Positions 13,061 to 26,003 of a stretch of 64,000 nucleotides of DNA are shown piece by piece (position 1 is the stretch's first letter; each line of letters opens with the position of its first letter). The stretch is from Laetmonice hystrix (lineage: Eukaryota): contig OZ249436.1 in NCBI GenBank assembly GCA_965235115.1, positions 42,906,001-42,970,000 on the forward strand, written 5' to 3'. A model generated the notes under the pieces. The model made no database searches and was not told the DNA's origin. It saw only the letters and a program-made list of their open reading frames with translations. The translations under genes were made by a program, and so were the position numbers.

Positions 13061-13275
13061 ATCTAACCTCAGATTACAGGGGAGAGTCATGTCTAAGGGA
13101 GACCCCTGGGGTTACAGGGGAGGGCCATGTCTAACCTCAGATTACAGGGGAGAGCCATGTCTAACCTCAGATTACAGGGGAGAGCCATGTCTAACCTCAG
13201 ATTACAGGGGAGAGCCATGTCTAAGGGAGAACCCGGGGGTTACAGGGGAGAGCCATGTCTAAGGGAGAACCCGAG
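13061..13275. repeat. 30-bp tandem repeat with longer variant units
   Basis: tctaacctcagattacaggggagagccatg. Confidence 0.85.
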
Positions 13276-13399
13276 GGGTTTGTTTTATACGAGGGAAGTT
13301 TGGGTAAAGGGTTTAGAATGGAACGCATGACAACCTGGTAACAAGACGAATATTCTTACGTGAGATGTATTTTAACGAACGAGCTTTTATAACGGAAGA

Positions 13400-13475
13400 T
13401 TTGTGACGTCATCAATGGAGGTCAGCTGTAAGTAACCAATCAGCGCACGAAGTACACGTCAAAACCGGAAGTACA
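13400..13475. promoter_or_regulatory. Promoter-like motif cluster (CRE, CCAAT, ETS) inside intron 1
   Basis: TGACGTCA 13404-13411, AACCAATCAG ~13434-13443, CCGGAAGT 13465-13472; motif presence only. Confidence 0.3.
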
Positions 13476-15148
13476 ATCTGAACATCGATTAGTTTTCCAC
13501 ACTCGTTGACGGTCGTTGACACCTGCTACCTAAGTATTGTTTTCAAGATATTTGTAAGATTTTGTCTGAGAGTTACGTTAAACTCCAGACAGTACACGTA
13601 AAGTAACAATGAAACTGTTCTGATCATGTCAAACTTAAGGTCAGATTTGATAGCTTTCCAAGCGTTTTGTCATTTCTCTCTGAATATTGATAAAATACAG
13701 TTTTAAAAACCAAACGTTATCTAGCACAACCTGTCAGATTGGTGAAGAGGACAAGGCTTTCTCCCAGTCGTCGTATTGAGGCTGCGCAGATTAAAAATAT
13801 CCTGTACTGATCTGATTAATTAATTAAAATAACAACTAATTAGAACAACAATGGCGGACACAGTGCGAACTGTACATCATCCATACCCGGATGTTGATAT
13901 CAGTATTTCCGAAACGCTGTAACAAATTGAGAAGATCAATCGCGACTTCCTCGTCTTGACATTAACTTTGGCGACATTACATTAGCGTGACTCATCAGGC
14001 ATTCTGGTTGCCTATGGTAACCTATGTCAGAGCCAAGACTTCCGGAATGGGGGAGGACGGGACTGAAGAATATGTGCGAAGTATGATTTATATGACATAA
14101 AGATAATGTTCGCAGCGTAATTTGTCACACATAATCGATGACGTCTGCAACTTGCTTCTTAGATACTTTTATACAGGTAACATTTCTGAAAAGCGGGGGG
14201 GGGGGGAGTTTATGGAATAATCCCGTGTCTTGTTGCTGTTTATCTGAACCTACAGAAAGAGCGAATATTGTGACTGTGGATTACGTGACCAATATGCCAG
14301 CATTAACAGACTCATTAGCCCACTTGTGTATTGAATTTGTTGTGTTGGAAACTTGCCAATCCAATTATGTTAGAAATGTGTGTTATGTGCGCTAGACTTC
14401 ACGTTTATTAAAACAACCGCTTTGAGTCATTTGTTTCTAGACTGATCGCAAACGCGGTATCCATTCCTGGACCGATGTATTATGGAAGCTGATTTGTGGC
14501 GGGATATATTGTCCCACACCGAGTTGTGTTTCGTAGTCTGGCCCAGAAATTGATTAACTCGTTCCATCTGCCTGATTATTGATGCATTTGCTACCTGTCT
14601 AGTCTTACACGTCCTTCATGCAGAGGTAGACTCTGATTTGTATGGAAATGAGAGGCGGTCGAGCACATTGTGCATGAATTCACAAACACGTCATCAATCC
14701 AACTCACTCAGCCGGCAAATATTATGTAGCGGCAACTTGTTGTAGTGTGCTCCAATTAAATTAAGTTTTTCCTCAGGTTGTATTAATGCCCTGTTGTTTC
14801 CGGCATTGCCTAATCTAGGCATTGTCAATGAAATCGAAACTCTCAGTTGACCAATGCATGTTTCGATAATCAGTAGGGGGTATAAAATGTTTCAGCAGAG
14901 CGGCATGGTAGGAAGAATACCAGAGTACGTTACTACACAGAATATTGTTTGAATGACAAAGTGCGAACACATTATGATGGCTTAACGGTCCTCTCTCTAT
15001 TACACTTTAACAGCTGAGAATCAATTTTCTATGATTATTTACTGTTATTTTTTATAGTGTTTATACGTGTAAGTGTGTAACGGGGGGGGGGGAGTATTTA
15101 TGTAGAAGAGAAGAGGGATCCAGTTTCATCATTTAGTTAACATGGCCA

Positions 15149-16062
15149 GTAACCAGCTCGGGCCTGTACTACCAGCTCCTCATCCTGCCCCGTCCATGAA
15201 GCAAGGAGACTGCGTGTCTCAATATTCGCTGGTAACCAGCTCGGGCCTGTACTACCAGCTCCTCATCCTGCCCCGTCCATGAAGCAAGGAGACTGCGTGT
15301 CTCAATATTCGCTGGTAACCAGCTCGGGCCTGTACTACCAGCTCCTCATCCTGCCCCGTCCATGAAGCAAGGAGACTGCGTGTCTCAATATTCGCTGGTA
15401 ACCAGCTCGGGCCTCTACTACCAGCTCCCCATCCTGCCCCGTCCATGAAGCAAGGAGACTGCGTGTCTCAATATTCGCTGGTAACCAGCTCGGGCCTGTA
15501 CTACCAGCTCCTCATCCTGCCCCGTCCATGAAGCAAGGAAACTGCGTGTCTCAATATTCGCTGGTAACCAGTTCGGGCCTCTACTACCAGCTCCCCATCC
15601 TGCCCCGTCCATGAAGCAAGGAGACTGCGTGTCTCAATATTCGCTGGTAACCAGCTCGGGCCTGTACTACCAGCTCCTCATCCTGCCCCGTCCATGAAGC
15701 AAGGAAACTGCGTGTCTCAATATTCGCTGGTAACCAGTTCGGGCCTCTACTCCCAGCTCCTCATCCTGCCCCGTCCATGAAGCAAGGAGACTGCGTGTCT
15801 CAATATTCGCTGGTAACCAGCTCGGGCCTCTACTCTTAGCTCCTTATCCTGCCCCGTCCATGAAGCAAGGAGACTGCGTGTCTCAATATTCGCTGGTAAC
15901 CAGTTCGGGCCTCTACTCTTAGCTCCTTATCCTGCCCCGTCCATGAAGCAAGGAGACTGCGTGTCTCAATATTCGCTGGTAACCAGTTCGGGCCTTTACT
16001 ACCAGTTACTCATCCTGCCCCGTCCATGAAGCAAGGAGACTGCGTGTCTCAATATTCGCTGG
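15149..16062. repeat. 83-bp minisatellite, ~11 copies
   Basis: Unit begins gtaaccagctcgggcctgtactaccagctcctcatcctgccccgtccatgaagc... Confidence 0.96.
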
Positions 16063-16159
16063 CTTTTATATTAATGCAGATAAGCTGGCTTTGTAATCCC
16101 ATGTATATTCATGAATGGATATTAACCAGAATAATGGGCTGGGCATGCTATCCTTGTAA

Positions 16160-17413
16160 AGCCCCAGTCCCACCAAAGCCGAATTAGCTACGACGTGTCA
16201 CGATCTGATAAATCGTGTAGAATCGGGAAAGGTCCTAACTCGGTCGTAGAGTAGTCTTGATAGATCCTCATAGGTCGCGACAATTGTGAACTGTTCAAGA
16301 TCGGGGCTATATCGTAGGTCAAACGTTGCTCAGTCGGGAATATAGTCGGGGAATAATCGGGATAGTTCGTTGTTCAGTCCTGGTTTATCGTAGGAAAATT
16401 GCCAAAAAAGTCCCACCAAAGCCGATTGTACTACGTTCCATGCCGTTCTATCAAGATCTAAAATTTATTTTAACTCGTGATGAAATAATGACAACCCGAA
16501 GACCTAGCTACGAATTGCCACGTTCAACGGCGACTGGGCAACGGTTTTTCAAAGATCTCTCAACGATCACGATGCGTGCTATCATGTTCTATCTCGACAT
16601 CCCCCCGACCTTCCCGACCGAGAAACAACTTAGCAACGTTCTCTGCCGACCTATGCAGATTGAGCTACGTCCTCAAGAACCCGACCCGATGTTTGACCAA
16701 CGATGTAGCAACGTTCTATGCCGTCTGAGCCCCGACCGAGCGACGACCTGTCCCGATGACGTCAGGGCTAGATCTAGTAAATGTCTGGTGATTGTCCTAC
16801 GATCAGCCAGGACTGAACAACGAACTGTCCCGATTGTCCCCCGACCATTCCCGACTGAGCAACGTTTGACCTACGGTATATCCCCGATTTGAGCTTTTTC
16901 CCGACCAGTGCCGATTGTTTTGAACAGTTTAAAATTGTCGGGGTGCAATCGTGGCCTATCCCGACCTATGGGGATCTATCAAGACTACTGTACGACCGAG
17001 TTAGGACCTTTCCCGATTCTACACGATTTATCAGATCGTGACACGTCGTAGCTAATTCGGCTTTGGTGGGACTGGGGCTTTAGCCCTGATCTAGACCAGA
17101 TGTCATCGGGACAGGTCGTAGCTCGGCTGGGGCACGGCATAGAACGTTGCTACATCGTTTGTCAATCTTGGTATAGGTCGCCATACATCGGCCCAGGATC
17201 TTGAGAGGTCGAAGCTCAATCTGCATAGGTCGGCAGTGAACGTTGCTTTAGTCGTTAAGGTCGGGCCGATGTCGGGATAGAACATGATAGATTCGTAGCT
17301 AGCTCTTCGGGTTGTCATGATTTTATCACGATTCATCACGACTTAAACTAAATTTCAGATCTTGATAGAACGGCATAGAACGTCGTACAATCGGCTTTGG
17401 TGGGACTGGGGCT
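16160..17413. mobile_element. Nested pair of same-family non-autonomous TIR elements (Harbinger-like, TWA flanks) in opposite orientation
   Basis: Termini agccccagtcccaccaaagccga at 16160, (a)gtcccaccaaagccga at ~16410, and reverse complements ending at 17079 and 17413. 16160-16403 is the reverse complement of ~16785-17079; 17083-17413 is the reverse complement of ~16410-16780. Confidence 0.75.
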
Positions 17414-18668
17414 TTAGTGATTGTTCAAAAAATGTTTAGGAATAAAAGTAAGCATACTGTCAGGTAAAAACAAGTATGTACTGGTACATAGGAGATTGTT
17501 TTACAGACTGTCAGAATTACACCGGATAAGTTTATTAGCTAACTATGAAACCAAGCAAACAGCCATTTCTGAATGCTGTACTTGACATGTTGGGTCTCAA
17601 AGTCACTAGGTCTGTCATCAATCATTGCAGTTAACTGTGTCGTAAACTTCTTGTTCAAACCACGCCTGAGACAGAGGCTGTTCTCTCATGGCAGTTTCTA
17701 CAAAATTTGGAATAGTGGTTGGGGTTGGAGACAGAGCTACGGTTTGGTCAGGTCTTGCGGGAAAGGTGGTTATGGCACGCACTTGTTTGACAAATCTCAC
17801 AGAATGGGATTGGGTAAACCTTGAAATAAATCGGGACAGGCGGTTATGGCACGCACGTAGGAGATTATTTATTCTTGTCTCAATTTCAAAGGTACGCTTG
17901 TAATTGGACATTTCAATGGAACACGTGTATCATTCCCTGAAATCAACTAAAATCATGCACGTTTGTCATAGACTTCTTGTTGTTTTACATAAAGTATTCA
18001 TTTAAATCACTGTGGTTATTGGGGCGTATGGCTGTAAGATATTGTGTCGACTGTTGACCAGATTTTGTGTACTCTTTATTAAAGCAGTTGCCTCACGCAC
18101 TGAATGTGGCGGAGTTTTCATATTTATGCTCACTTCCTCACAGTTGACGTACTTTAATGGCACTGAAAACTTTTCACATTGATTCTGTTGACATACATGT
18201 ACATGTGTAGTATGAATTGACATGCTCCCGGATGATGGCGAGAGAACAAAACTGGAGCCGAGGCAAACACGATGAACGCATTCTGGCATGTCAGAAATCG
18301 TGGGAACATTAATAACTCTGTACGAGTGGTAGTGAAAGTGCTATAGTCGAGTAAAGAGTGTTCCAGACACAGCGGGACCAACTGTGCCGAGGACGCCTGG
18401 TCCGGCATTGCAATTTTTGACATGCAGTTTTAAAATGGCCCTATTTTTAGACATTTTGACCTATTTATCTGAAATTTGTACCACACGCTCCAATTAACCG
18501 GATGATATCATGTTCCAAATATTATGATATTGGGGTAAAAATTAAAGAAGTTACAGTCAAGAAAAGAGTGTTCCAAATATTTTTAGGCCCACCTGATATA
18601 TTGGCCCAAAACCACTTTCTGAAACTTATCGTGTTTAACCTTCCTTTTCAACAGAGACAGGTACAATT

Positions 18669-19639
18669 CATGTGGGCCTCGGAAACCGAGGAAAGCCCTT
18701 GACTTGCTATAGCAGAGCGCGAGTTGTTAGTCCGCCACATGAGGGCCTCGGAAACCGAGGAAAGCCCTTGACTTGCTATAGCAGAGCGCGAGTTGCTAGT
18801 CCGCCACATGAGGGCCTCGGAAACCGAGGAAATCCCTTGACTTGCTATAGCAGAGCGCGAGTTGTTAGTCCGCCACATGTGGGCCTCGGAAACCGAGGAA
18901 AGCCCTTGACTTGCTATAGCAGAGCGCGAGTTGTTAGTCGGCCATATGTGGGCATCGGAAACCGAGGAAACCCCTTGACTTGCTATAGCAGAGCGCGAGT
19001 TGTTAGTCCGCCACATGTGGGCCTCGGAAACCGAGGAAAGCCCTTGACTTGCTATAGCAGAGCGCGAGTTGTTAGTCGGCCATATGTGGGCATCGGAAAC
19101 CGAGGAAACCCCTTGACTTGCTATAGCAGAGCGCGAGTTGTTAGTCCGCCACATGTGGGCCTCGGAAACCGAGGAAAGCCCTTGACTTGCTATAGCAGAG
19201 CGCGAGTTGTTAGTCCGCCACATGTGGGCCTCGGAAACCGAGGAAAGCCCTTGACTTACTATAGCAGAGCGCGAGTTGTTAGTCCGCCACATGTGGGCCT
19301 CGGAAACCGAGGAAAGCCCTTGACTTGCTATAGCAGAGCGCGAGTTGTTAGTCCGCCACATGTGGGCCTCGGAAACCGAGGAAAGCCCTTGACTTGCTAT
19401 AGCAGAGCGCGAGTTGTTAGTCCGCCACATGTGGGCCTCGGAAACCGAGGAAAGCCCTTGACTTGCTATAGCAGAGCGCGAATTGTTAGTCCGCCACATG
19501 TGGGCCTCGGAAACCGAGGAAACCCCTTGACTTGATATAGCAGAGCGCGAATTGTTAGTCCGCCAGATGTAGGCCTCGGAAACCGAGGAAAGCCCTTGAC
19601 TTACTATAGCAGAGCGCGAGTTGTTAGTCCGCCACATGT
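18669..19639. repeat. 69-bp minisatellite, ~14 copies, palindrome-rich unit
   Basis: Unit catgtgggcctcggaaaccgaggaaagcccttgacttgctatagcagagcgcgagttgttagtccgcca. Confidence 0.96.
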
Positions 19640-20918
19640 GATAATTATTGGGTACTGTTTAGGTTAAGGGATGCCCAGATTAGAAGTGTTAGTCTGAAAG
19701 ATTTTGAACACCTTTTTTCTCGGGAATTAAATGTGGCGACCTTTTAGCTCCAGATTTCTCTCAACTTCTGTAGTCGTAAGGTCAACTTTTATTATTAACT
19801 CCTTGTTAAGAAAAGCGCAGGAGATGAACACATGATTAAATAGAGTTGTAAGGAATATTTTAATGGAGTGAAGATTTATGAGTCTTGGACCTTTGTGAGG
19901 TCGATGGGGAGAAGAAAAGCTTATGATAACACCTTGCTGATTGTTTAGGGGGAGGTAAGGGGAAAGTGGATTGGTGGACCTTCTGAAATATGTATGTACG
20001 GGGGACGTTCGAGTCGGGGGAGGGGGGAGGGGGTGACACCAGAAACCCCTCTGGGGTACTGAGTGTTGACTAGGAAAGTCGGAATTGAAAGCCGTTCCAC
20101 GAACGATCGCCAGTACAGTTGATTTGACAGATTTCAACGTAATTTGTACGAGTTATGTTGACTGAGGACGTCTGCGCGTCATTGCGTCATATTTACGTTA
20201 TAAAAGTCCCCGCCTTCCAACGGTCTCCATTTGCCTTTCATGATTGTTCGATGTATCCAAGGGCGTCAGAGTGGGAATGCTTCAGCGAGAGGAAATGATT
20301 ACTTTTGTTCTATTTGAGTTTGTCAAATGGAATAAGTTGTATCGATTTTGATGTATGCTAGCGATTTACTTGTATAGCGTCTACGTCCAGGCCGCGTATA
20401 TGAAGTCCCAGAATACAGTAGCAGCTGTTCGCACCTCCCCGCGTGGAGAGTGGCACTGGACGCTCGGCAGAGCACAAGGCCCGGTAGAGGGCGCTCTGAA
20501 GGGCACAGGGCATACGGAAGTCACATGGCACGGTCAAGGTCGGAGGGCGCGGTGCATGCGCAGTACAACCTGAGATGTCTACAGTAGAGCGAGGTCCTGA
20601 ACTATCCACAGGATGAGAATACCAAATAGACGCTCAACGTGCGACTTCCTGCACTCAGAGGGTCCACTGATTGTCACCTCAGACAAAAATACGGTCTGTG
20701 TTTTGGTTGCCTAGGGACAGAGCCTAGCGTCGGGTGTTTGTGGCGCGGTGATAAAAACCGTTGGCTCAATGTCAGCCCCAAAGCCAACTATTCGAGTCAA
20801 TATAAAATCCCATTGCCCCTATTATACTGCACTTAGTGCCATGGAAGCGGCCGAGAATTGCCTTCTGGTCGGTGCCTGTAATACCAGGAATCACTGCCCT
20901 GATGGAGAGACAAGATCG

Positions 20919-22297
20919 TGGTCCCGCCCCTGTAAGAGACAGAGCGAACCTTGGCTTACACGTACCGATTGGTCCCGCCCCTGTAAGAGACAGAGCGAAC
21001 CTTGGCTTACACGTACCGATGGGTCCCGCCCCTGTAAGAGACAGACCGAACCTTGGCTTACACGTACCGATTGGTCCCACCCCTGTAAGAGGCAGACCGT
21101 GCCTTGGCTTACACGTACCGATTGGTCCTGCCCCGGCAAGAGACAGACCGTGCCTTGGCTTACACGTACCGATTGGTCCTGCCCCGGCAAGAGACAGACC
21201 GTGCCTTGGCTTACACGTACGGATTGGTCCCGCCCCTGTAAGAGGCAGACCGTGCCTTGGCTTACACGTACCGATTGGTCCCACCCCTGTAAGAGACAGA
21301 CCGTGCCTTGGCTTACACGTACCGATTGGTCCCGCCTCTGTAAGAGACAGACCGTGCCTTGGCTTACACGTACCGATTGGTCCCGCCCCTGTAAGAGACA
21401 GACCGTGCCTTGGCTTACACGTACCGATTGGTCCCGCCCCTGTAAGAGACAGACCGAACCTTGGCTTACACGTACCGATTGGTCCCGCCCCTGTAAGAGA
21501 CAGACCGTGCCTTGGCTTACACGTACCGATTGGTCCCGCCCCTGTAAGAGACAGACCGTGCCTTGGCTTACACGTACCGATTGGTCCCACCCCTGTAAAA
21601 GACAGACCGTGCCTTGGCTTACACGTACCGATTGGTCCCGCCCCTGTAAGAGACAGACCGTGCCTTGGCTTACACGTACCGATTGGTCCCACCCCTGTAA
21701 GAGACAGACCGTGCCTTGGCTTACACGTAACGATTGGTCCCGCCCCTGTAAGAGACAGACCGTGCCTTGGCTTACACGTACCGATTGGTCCCGCCTCTGT
21801 AAGAGACAGACCGTGCCTTGGCTTACACGTACCGATTGGTCCCACCCCTGTAAGAGACAGACCGTGCCTTGGCTTACACGTACCGATTGGTCCCGCCCCT
21901 GTAAGAGACAGACCGAACCTTGGCTTACACGTACCGATTGGTCCCACCCCTGTAAGAGACAGACCGTGCCTTGGCTTACACGTAACGATTGGTCCCGCCC
22001 CTGTAAGAGACAGACCGTGCCTTGGCTTACACGTACCGATTGGTCCCGCCTCTGTAAGAGACAGACCGTGCCTTGGCTTACACGTACCGATTGGTCCCGC
22101 CCCTGTAAGAGACAAACCGTGCCTTGGCTTACACGTACCGATTGGTCCCGCCCCTGTAAGAGACAGACCGAACCATGGCTTACACGTACCGATTGGTCCC
22201 GCCCCTGTAAGAGACAGACCGTGCCTTGGCTTACACGTACCGATTGTTCCCGCCCCTGTAAGAGACAGACCGTGCCTTGGCTTACACGTACCGATTG
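20919..22297. repeat. 51-bp minisatellite, ~27 copies
   Basis: Unit tggtcccgcccctgtaagagacagaccgtgccttggcttacacgtaccgat. Confidence 0.96.
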
Positions 22298-22532
22298 TTA
22301 ACCCGCCGCCGACGGTCCCATGCAACTAGATTGTCGGACATAAAACCAGCTCCCGACTATACTGACTGATTGTTGGGAGAAGTCGTTTTGTAAGAAAATG
22401 ATACTAACTATAGATGTAAGTTACCAAGTATATCTGATAGGCCAAAACCTCCTCTTTCCAATGGTTTGTCATTTTCCTAAATCCAGTCAGAGTTGACCGA
22501 ATTAGTATTGTTTTCCTTCCACAACCCGAATG

Positions 22533-22778
22533 CAGCCTGGGACCAAGTTAATACGAATATCAGTGCATCAGATGCAGTTGGAACAAACGGTTAAGACGAA
22601 ATCCAAATGTTAGATACTCAATTTTATTCATCATTTGTCTGCACCAACCATGTCAAACTTGTCAAATGATTGATAAAATTGATTATCTAACATTGATTTC
22701 GTCTTCCCCGTTTGTTCCAATAATTGCATCCCATGCACTGATTGTCGTAGGCTTACCTATTAACTTGGTCCCAGGCTG
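22533..22778. mobile_element. Palindromic MITE-like element, ~246 bp
   Basis: cagcctgggaccaagttaata / tattaacttggtcccaggctg; inner arms also complementary (ttggaacaaacgg/ccgtttgttccaa; gacgaaatc/gatttcgtc); no clear TSD. Confidence 0.7.
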
Positions 22779-22794
22779 GATTTTGTTCTGACAC

Positions 22795-23909
22795 GCCCTG
22801 TATATTTGGTGATAGTCGGTATGTGTGTGCCGGGCGTCGGCAGTGGAGGCGCCCTGTATATTTGGTGATAGTCGGTATGTGTGTGCCGGGTGTCGGCAGT
22901 GGCGGAGCCCTGTATATTTGGTGATAGTCGGTATGTGTGTGTCGGGCGTCGGCAGTGGCGGCGCCCTGTTGGTGATAGTCGGTATGTGTGTGCCGGGCGT
23001 CGGCAGTGGCGGTGCCCTGTATATTTGGTGATAGTCGGTGTGTGTGTGCCGGGCGTCGGCAGTGGCGGTGCCCTGTATATTTGGTGATAGTCGGTATGTG
23101 TGTGCCGGGCGTCGGCAGTGGCGGTGCCCTGTATATTTGGTGATAGTCGGTGTGTGTGTGCCGGGCGTCGGCAGTGGCGGTGCCCTGTATATTTGGTGAT
23201 AGTCGGTATGTGTGTGCCGGGCGTCGGCAGTGGCGGTGCCCTGTATATTTGGTGATAGTCGGTGTGTGTGTGCCGGGCGTCGGCAGTGGCGGTGCCCTGT
23301 ATATTTGGTGATAGTCGGTATGTGTGTGCCGGGCGTCGGCAGTGGCGGTGCCCTGTATATTTGGTGATAGTCGGTGTGTGTGTGCCGGGCGTCGGCAGTG
23401 GCGGTGCCCTGTATATTTGGTGATAGTCGGTATGTGTGTGCCGGGCGTCGGCAGTGGCGGTGCCCTGTATATTTGGTGATAGTCGGTGTGTGTGTGCCGG
23501 GCGTCGGCAGTGGCGGTGCCCTGTATATTTGGTGATAGTCGGTATGTGTGTGCCGGGCGTCGGCAGTGGCGGTGCCCTGTATATTTGGTGATAGTCGGTA
23601 TGTGTGTGCCGGGCGTCGGCAGTGGCGGAGCCCTGTATATTTGGCGATAGTCGGTATGTGTGTGCCGGGCGTCGGCAGTGGCGGCGCCCTGTATATTTGG
23701 TGATAGTCGGTATGTGTGTGCCGGGCGTCGGCAGTGGCGGAGCCCTGTATATTTGGTGATAGTCGGTATGTGTGTGCCGGGCGTCGGCAGTGGCGGAGCC
23801 CTGTATATTTGGTGATAGTCGGTATGTGTGTGCCGGGCGTCGGCAGTGGCGGAGCCCTGTATATTTGGCGATAGTCGGTATGTGTGTGCCGGGCGTCGGC
23901 AGTGGCGGC
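22795..23909. repeat. 56-bp minisatellite, ~20 copies
   Basis: Unit gccctgtatatttggtgatagtcggtatgtgtgtgccgggcgtcggcagtggcggt. Confidence 0.96.
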
Positions 23910-24439
23910 GATGACTGGCTAGTCGTGTAACTATCACGCCAAATTGTATTGACAGATTCCACAAATATCTGCAGTCCATTTGCCCCTCCAGGCCAGCTGT
24001 GTCTTTACTGCTAGCTCTCCTGATATTTCCAAAGCTTTCTTTTTCAGCAGTATAGAAATTATTTCAGTCTAATGAAACTAATTACGACGATGGTCAAATG
24101 TTGCCCAAGTGCACAAAACTGAAGTTGAAAAAGTAAAGATCTAATTAATGCTCGAAGGGAGACGGAAGAACGTGAGTATAATTATCTCCAGATCCTCGTG
24201 AGATATGATTCATACAACTGTTTTTTATATGCAAACTCGTGGGAACAAGACATGATTTCGTGTATTAGTTATTCCGTGCTTGTTTATTTCTTCCCTGTAT
24301 ACAAACATCTGTGCAAGGATACAGGGGTGCGGGGGAAGTGGTGGTGGTGAGTAGGGGGGGGGGGGGGGGGTTCTGGGTTCTAAATTCCAAAGGTTTCAAA
24401 GGCGACCTCGCCGGACTTTTATGCATAGTGCTGCCGACT

Positions 24440-24710
24440 GCTTTATCAAAGGCCGGCCGTGTCAAGATACGTCTATAGGTGTGGAGGGGCACGTTAAAGA
24501 TCCCTTGGAATCTATCGATAAGAGAAGGAGGTTGCCCCGGTGCGCAGGTTTCTTCCTATCATCTTATCACACAATGGATGCTGAGTTAGTTACCTTGTTC
24601 TCGCCATGATAATAGCTGAAATACTGCTGACTGGGCGTTTACCAGCAACTAAAGATCCCCTGGCATCTATCGCAAAGAGTAGGGGTTCGCCCCGGTGCGC
24701 GGGTTTGCGG
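24440..24710 (+). mobile_element. Probable SINE remnant(s) with Nin/Deu-domain-like core, partly duplicated
   Basis: gcacgttaaagatcccttggaatctatcgataagagaaggaggttgccccggtgcg and a second copy aaagatcccctggcatctatcgcaaagagtaggggttcgccccggtgcg; family assignment from recollection of the motif, not a search. Confidence 0.45.
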
Positions 24711-26003
24711 ATTGAGCCTATACCCTCTATACCCTACCCATGAATACTCTGTTCATCCAGCAGTTCAACCTCCGAGTCTACAAGTACTATACTTGTGTTA
24801 TCCCCGCCTGCAGGTCTGGGTGAATGTCTAGTCCTATCTTTACGTTTTAATCAGACATACCGGGAGACAAGTTGAAGCTTTATTAACGTTGACAATCACA
24901 AGTGACACGAACGAGCTGTACATTTGTCTGATAACGAAACGACTCCTTGTCTAACCAAATGTTTTACCTTTCAAGATTCACTAAACCCACGCGCGAATTG
25001 TTGACGACAGTAGAATGAGATCCTATCTCTTGATGTTTGTAGAATGTTTGACGCGTGGGAGTTACCGCATTTTGTTCAGGATAATAGAGAAATCAGACAT
25101 ATGATTTCTTGGAGACATAGGTCAGATGTCCATGTAGTTCCAATCATGTCTTGCCACGAAGGTTACATCACAATGACCTCTTCCCTACAGGTCTTTGTCA
25201 AACAGTTATGACATTCTCTCCAGTTCTGTTATATGAGTCGAAAACTCCGAAGGCACCAAGAATTAGTATTTGGATGGCTGCGGTCGGTTCATGGCACTGA
25301 CCGCTTGTATCTAGTCTAATAGAATTGTCATCATGAAGAGGTTGTTTTGGTGGGGAGGTAATGGGATGGGGGGTCGGGACACCGAATATTGGAAGATTTG
25401 ATTTGCTACTTTAAGAACACGTAGATGTAGACTTGTGAGCGTGTTGACTCTAGATTTGCTTGGTATCAGGCCAGCACAGATTGTGATCCAATTACCTGCG
25501 GTCCCCAGGGCCTGGTGACACCTCCTTGCCCGGACCACTGAGTGAGATCATTGGTCGCCCTCCCCGCGCCCTCCCCAGCCCTCATCAGGCCCTCATTGAC
25601 ACACCCAATCGGCACGTCGGCCGCGGTTCCTTTCCGTTCGCCACAGGTCCCGCTCTGGGTTTTCCATGTTGGTCTAAAGAACCGTGCAGGTCCGTTTCAG
25701 CTCTCAAATACCGCCGCATGGAAATGATGGCACTTTTGAGGCCTGGCAGGAATCGGGTTAATTTTGGCGTCAGCGTCGCAGTAATCACAGCGTCAGAGTT
25801 CATCAATACTTGGTCTCAAGTTCACGCTGAGTAATGGTGGCGCTTGGCAGGCGTCGGGAAAGGCCCTGGATTTGTGGATTTGGCCACAATCGATTGGCTC
25901 ATTTGGGGGATACAAATTAAAAGGGGCAAAGTGCATCAGCGACTTCCCATCTCAATGTGGGAGGTTCAGTAGATGTCTTCTAAACTGAATCGGTCTTGGT
26001 AAT

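Noticed and set aside
16326..16892. 188-aa ORF as a transposase
   Set aside because: Spans the junction of two inverted non-autonomous copies; no recognisable DDE motif.
17540..18420. Short minus-strand ORFs resembling a decayed TE protein
   Set aside because: Interrupted by stops, with no motif I can name; needs BLASTX.
20748..22329. 497-517 aa ORFs on both strands
   Set aside because: Translation of a 51-bp tandem repeat lacking stops in several frames; no domain; intronic.
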